A DNA stretch of 51,350 nt from Pseudobdellovibrionaceae bacterium. Lineage in GTDB: Bacteria > Bdellovibrionota > Bdellovibrionia > Bdellovibrionales > Bdellovibrionaceae. Positions 48,798 through 51,350 of the stretch are shown piece by piece. The number at the start of each line of letters is the position of its first letter. Position 1 is the first letter of the stretch. Under the pieces are notes generated by a model, which worked only from the letters and a program-made list of their open reading frames with translations, ran no database searches and was not told the origin of the DNA. The position numbers and the translations under genes are program-made. The stretch lies in assembly GCA_044359815.1 (NCBI GenBank), contig JBIKLL010000011.1, forward strand, positions 1 through 51,350, given 5' to 3'.

Positions 48798-48884
48798 CGC
48801 TTAATTTTTCCATGATTTCAAAAACAAGAAGAAGTTTCCGCTTTTAAAATCTGCCATGTTTTCAAAAATATTTTTGGGGCAGTG
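48753..48884. repeat. 132-bp inverted repeat, right arm (overlaps last 45 nt of transposase CDS)
   Basis: Reverse complement of 47256-47387. Confidence 0.95.
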
Positions 48885-48914
48885 TGTTCGCAGCCGCTTG
48901 ATTTGTTAACTAAC

Positions 48915-49168
48915 AGACACAGATACAATCACAGTCTCAGTCACAGTCGCAGTCGCAGCCGCTGACCCAGTCACAGAAACCTAAACAGTCACAGAAACCG
49001 AAACTGTCACTGTCTCTGTTGGATTTGCAAAAAAAAACAATCGCAGCCGATGCATAAGTGACTTCTACAATTACAGCCGCAATCACAATCGCAGCCGCAA
49101 TCATAATCGCAGCCGCAGTCGCAGTCGCAGCCGCAATAACAATAACGATCGCAGTCGCAGTCACAGAT
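48915..49168. repeat. Degenerate hexamer array (CGCAGT/CACAGT/CGCAGC/CGCAAT)
   Basis: Two blocks of hexamer repeats, about 48915-49018 and 49066-49168. Confidence 0.85.
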
Positions 49169-49416
49169 AAAAGTGATCAGAATATTTACAATTTCAGTCT
49201 CAAATTAAAATTCTGTCAAATAGCTCTGCAGCAGATTTTTAGAGTTGATTCAGATTATTCAAAACCACGTCTCGTTGTGAGACAGCGTTAATTTTGAGTT
49301 TTAAGTCCGAAGAGGTTTCAAGCTAGACTGTATCTACGGGGAAACTCTAACCGAATTTTTGGTAACCATTGATGGATAAGACCAAAGAATTTCAAGTTAG
49401 ATTTCAGGGGGATGGA

Positions 49417-51350
49417 TTGAGTAAACTAATTCGGTATTTAATTTTTGTAGTGTTCACTGTGGCGATTGCAATGTCAGTCACTGTGCAAGCGCAGATTTTA
49501 GATAATTCAGGAATTGTTTTTCACGGAAAAATCTTAAACCCCGACAACACAACTTCCCCCACAGATTCAAATGCTACATTCACTGTTGAAATTATCGGTA
49601 AATCTCAGTTCATCAGAGGCGACGGTAGTGCCGGTACTGATACTTGTGTTATTTATCGAGAAACTCAAAACGCTCCGGTTAATAACGGATCTTTTTCGAT
49701 CACTATTGGCCAGGGAACGGGTTCATTTGGATCAGGACCGAATACCAATGGTCAGCAATTGGCGAGTTTGTTCGTAAATCCTCCGACTGATTTGCAAGTG
49801 GGTAATGTAAATTACGCCATCCCAGCTATCAGTTGCACCAGCGGTCTTTCAAATTTTCAACCCGAGAAAACTAAGACCGAAAGATTTTTAAATGTCTTTG
49901 TGAATGTCGGCGGAGCCAATATCCCATTAGGTGAAATGGCAATCAGAAGCATCCCGTTTGCTCACCAAGCAAAACAGATCGATGGATACGGTGTGGGAAA
50001 TATCTTAAAAATCGGCTCGGCAGCCAATACCACACACAAAATAATGACCTCAGCTCAGGCAGATTATTTAATTAATTTTTATGATGCCGCTAACAACACA
50101 GTTAATTTTAACAATGCCATTGTTAATAACGTGGGAACGCCATCGGCGACTCAGACAAGTGCTGCTGCAAACGTCAATTACGTTAATCAACAGATTTCGG
50201 CTATGGTTGCCAACAGCACAGTGGCTTTGCCTCCTGGTAATTACGGTGCAGCCAACAGAACTTTGTCCTTAGTTGTTGATACAGAGGGCCGATTGTCACA
50301 GGTTTCGGCCGCTGACATTGCATTGCCAGCTAATCAAGTGACCTTCACAGGGCCTGCCAGATTGCTGGGTAAAACCACAGCGGGTGCAGGTGCTGGACAA
50401 GAAATCTCTATTGGCAGTGGATTAGCATTGTCACCGACCGGTGAATTAACAGCGACTGTGACCTTGCCAACACTGGCTGGTAACAGAGTCGTAACAACAA
50501 ATAATTTAGGCGTCATGGAGGCCACCAGCTGTGCTGCCAATCAGGTTTTAAGTTTTGATCTTGTAGGAAATTTTGTTTGTCAGTCACCAACAATCGCTGG
50601 TGTGACAACACTGCCAGACGGACAGATTTGGATTGGTAACGCTGCAGGATTAGCTGCAGCCAGAGCTATCACTGGTGATGTATCTTTAACAAATGCCGGA
50701 GTCGCAACAGTAACTAGAATTCAAGGGAACAGTGTTTTAAATCAACTTCCTACTAACGGTCAGGTGCTGTCATGGGTAACTGCCAATAACAGATGGGAAC
50801 CAGTGACTCCAGCATCCGGATCAGTGACTGCAGTCAGTGGTACGGCTCCGATAGTGTCTTCGGGCGGAGCGACTCCTGCGATTTCGTTAAATAGCAATTT
50901 TGCAGGTTTTGATATTACCAATATGGGTAATGTTTCGTTTCAAGCAGGGCAGTATATTCAATTGACGAATGAACCTGCAGCAATTCCAGCAGGGCTGGGT
51001 GCCGGTGATGCCGGAAAAATTTGGTTAAATGCTGGTGTTATTAAATATTGGGACGGCTCTGCGGTTCAGACCTTAGGATTGAGCGGCGCGATTGCCCTAG
51101 GTGGTGATGTCGACGGAGCTTCAAACGCTAACACAGTTCGTAGGATCCAAGGTCAAAATGTGAACGCAGCTGTGCCTACAGCCAATCAATATATGAAATT
51201 TGTCAGTGGCGAATGGCGACCTGCAAACATTGCAGCAGCTGAATTGCCAACTTTGGCCGCTGACAGTGTTCTGACGACAAACAATTTAGGTGTGATCACA
51301 CCGGTTTCTGTTTTACCAGTTAACAGAGGTGGTACAGGATCTTCAGTTGC
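49417..51350 (+). CDS. Phage-tail-fibre-like trimeric adhesin (Bdellovibrio MAT-type), 3' truncated; absent from ORF track
   Basis: Frame read manually from TTG 49417 to the window end with no stop: MSKLIRYLIFVVFTVAIAMSVTVQAQ...IVFHGKILNPD...CVIYRETQ...GSFSITIG...IRSIPFA, then fibre motifs AANVNYV, VVDTEGRL, GQVLSW, LGGDVDG, LPVNRGGTG. Confidence 0.85.
   Translation, partial: MSKLIRYLIFVVFTVAIAMSVTVQAQILDNSGIVFHGKILNPDNTTSPTDSNATFTVEIIGKSQFIRGDGSAGTDTCVIYRETQNAPVNNGSFSITIGQGTGSFGSGPNTNGQQLASLFVNPPTDLQVGNVNYAIPAISCTSGLSNFQPEKTKTERFLNVFVNVGGANIPLGEMAIRSIPFAHQAKQIDGYGVGNILKIGSAANTTHKIMTSAQADYLINFYDAANNTVNFNNAIVNNVGTPSATQTSAAANVNYVNQQISAMVANSTVALPPGNYGAANRTLSLVVDTEGRLSQVSAADIALPANQVTFTGPARLLGKTTAGAGAGQEISIGSGLALSPTGELTATVTLPTLAGNRVVTTNNLGVMEATSCAANQVLSFDLVGNFVCQSPTIAGVTTLPDGQIWIGNAAGLAAARAITGDVSLTNAGVATVTRIQGNSVLNQLPTNGQVLSWVTANNRWEPVTPASGSVTAVSGTAPIVSSGGATPAISLNSNFAGFDITNMGNVSFQAGQYIQLTNEPAAIPAGLGAGDAGKIWLNAGVIKYWDGSAVQTLGLSGAIALGGDVDGASNANTVRRIQGQNVNAAVPTANQYMKFVSGEWRPANIAAAELPTLAADSVLTTNNLGVITPVSVLPVNRGGTGSSV

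Larger units (their letters stand above)
47256..48884. mobile_element. Putative foldback element carrying a Y1 transposase
   Basis: Y1 transposase enclosed by a 132-bp inverted repeat and flanked by simple-sequence arrays. Mobility is not demonstrated. Confidence 0.5.

Noticed and set aside
47140..49168. Repeat arrays as a CRISPR array
   Set aside because: Units are 5-7 bp tandem repeats without unique 25-45 bp spacers, and no cas genes are in the window.
48937..49291. Ala/Ile/Thr-rich ORFs on both strands
   Set aside because: These are translations of the hexamer array, with no RBS or family features.

Overview
AT-rich bacterial chromosome segment, most consistent with a Bdellovibrionota (Bdellovibrio-like predator). 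Evidence is the L35/L20/IHF sequences, the mevalonate cluster between rplT and pheS, many secreted proteins and a trimeric fibre-type adhesin. Coding content: FN3/beta-barrel proteins, a class III adenylate cyclase, three paralogous small lipoproteins, rpmI-rplT, a five-gene mevalonate cluster, trmH/rsmG, pheS-pheT-ihfA-merR-tRNA-Pro(GGG), an HNH endonuclease, a peptidoglycan-sugar recycling cluster (SIS, 3D, GNAT, PIG-L, AmpG, long MurQ-like, FAD oxidase), S8 and M12-like proteases, a Y1 (HUH) transposase and a truncated fibre gene that the ORF track missed. The most striking unexplained signal is non-coding. Four 200-405 bp intergenic foldback elements have long near-perfect AT-rich stems and GC-rich unpaired cores. 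Two of them share a conserved bipartite motif (three copies, one nested in inverted orientation) with compensatory changes and strand-specific G.T wobbles. The Y1 transposase sits inside a 132-bp inverted repeat bracketed by simple-sequence arrays. Together these suggest a possibly undescribed RAYT/REPIN-like single-strand foldback system. All protein calls are from motif recognition by eye; no searches were run.
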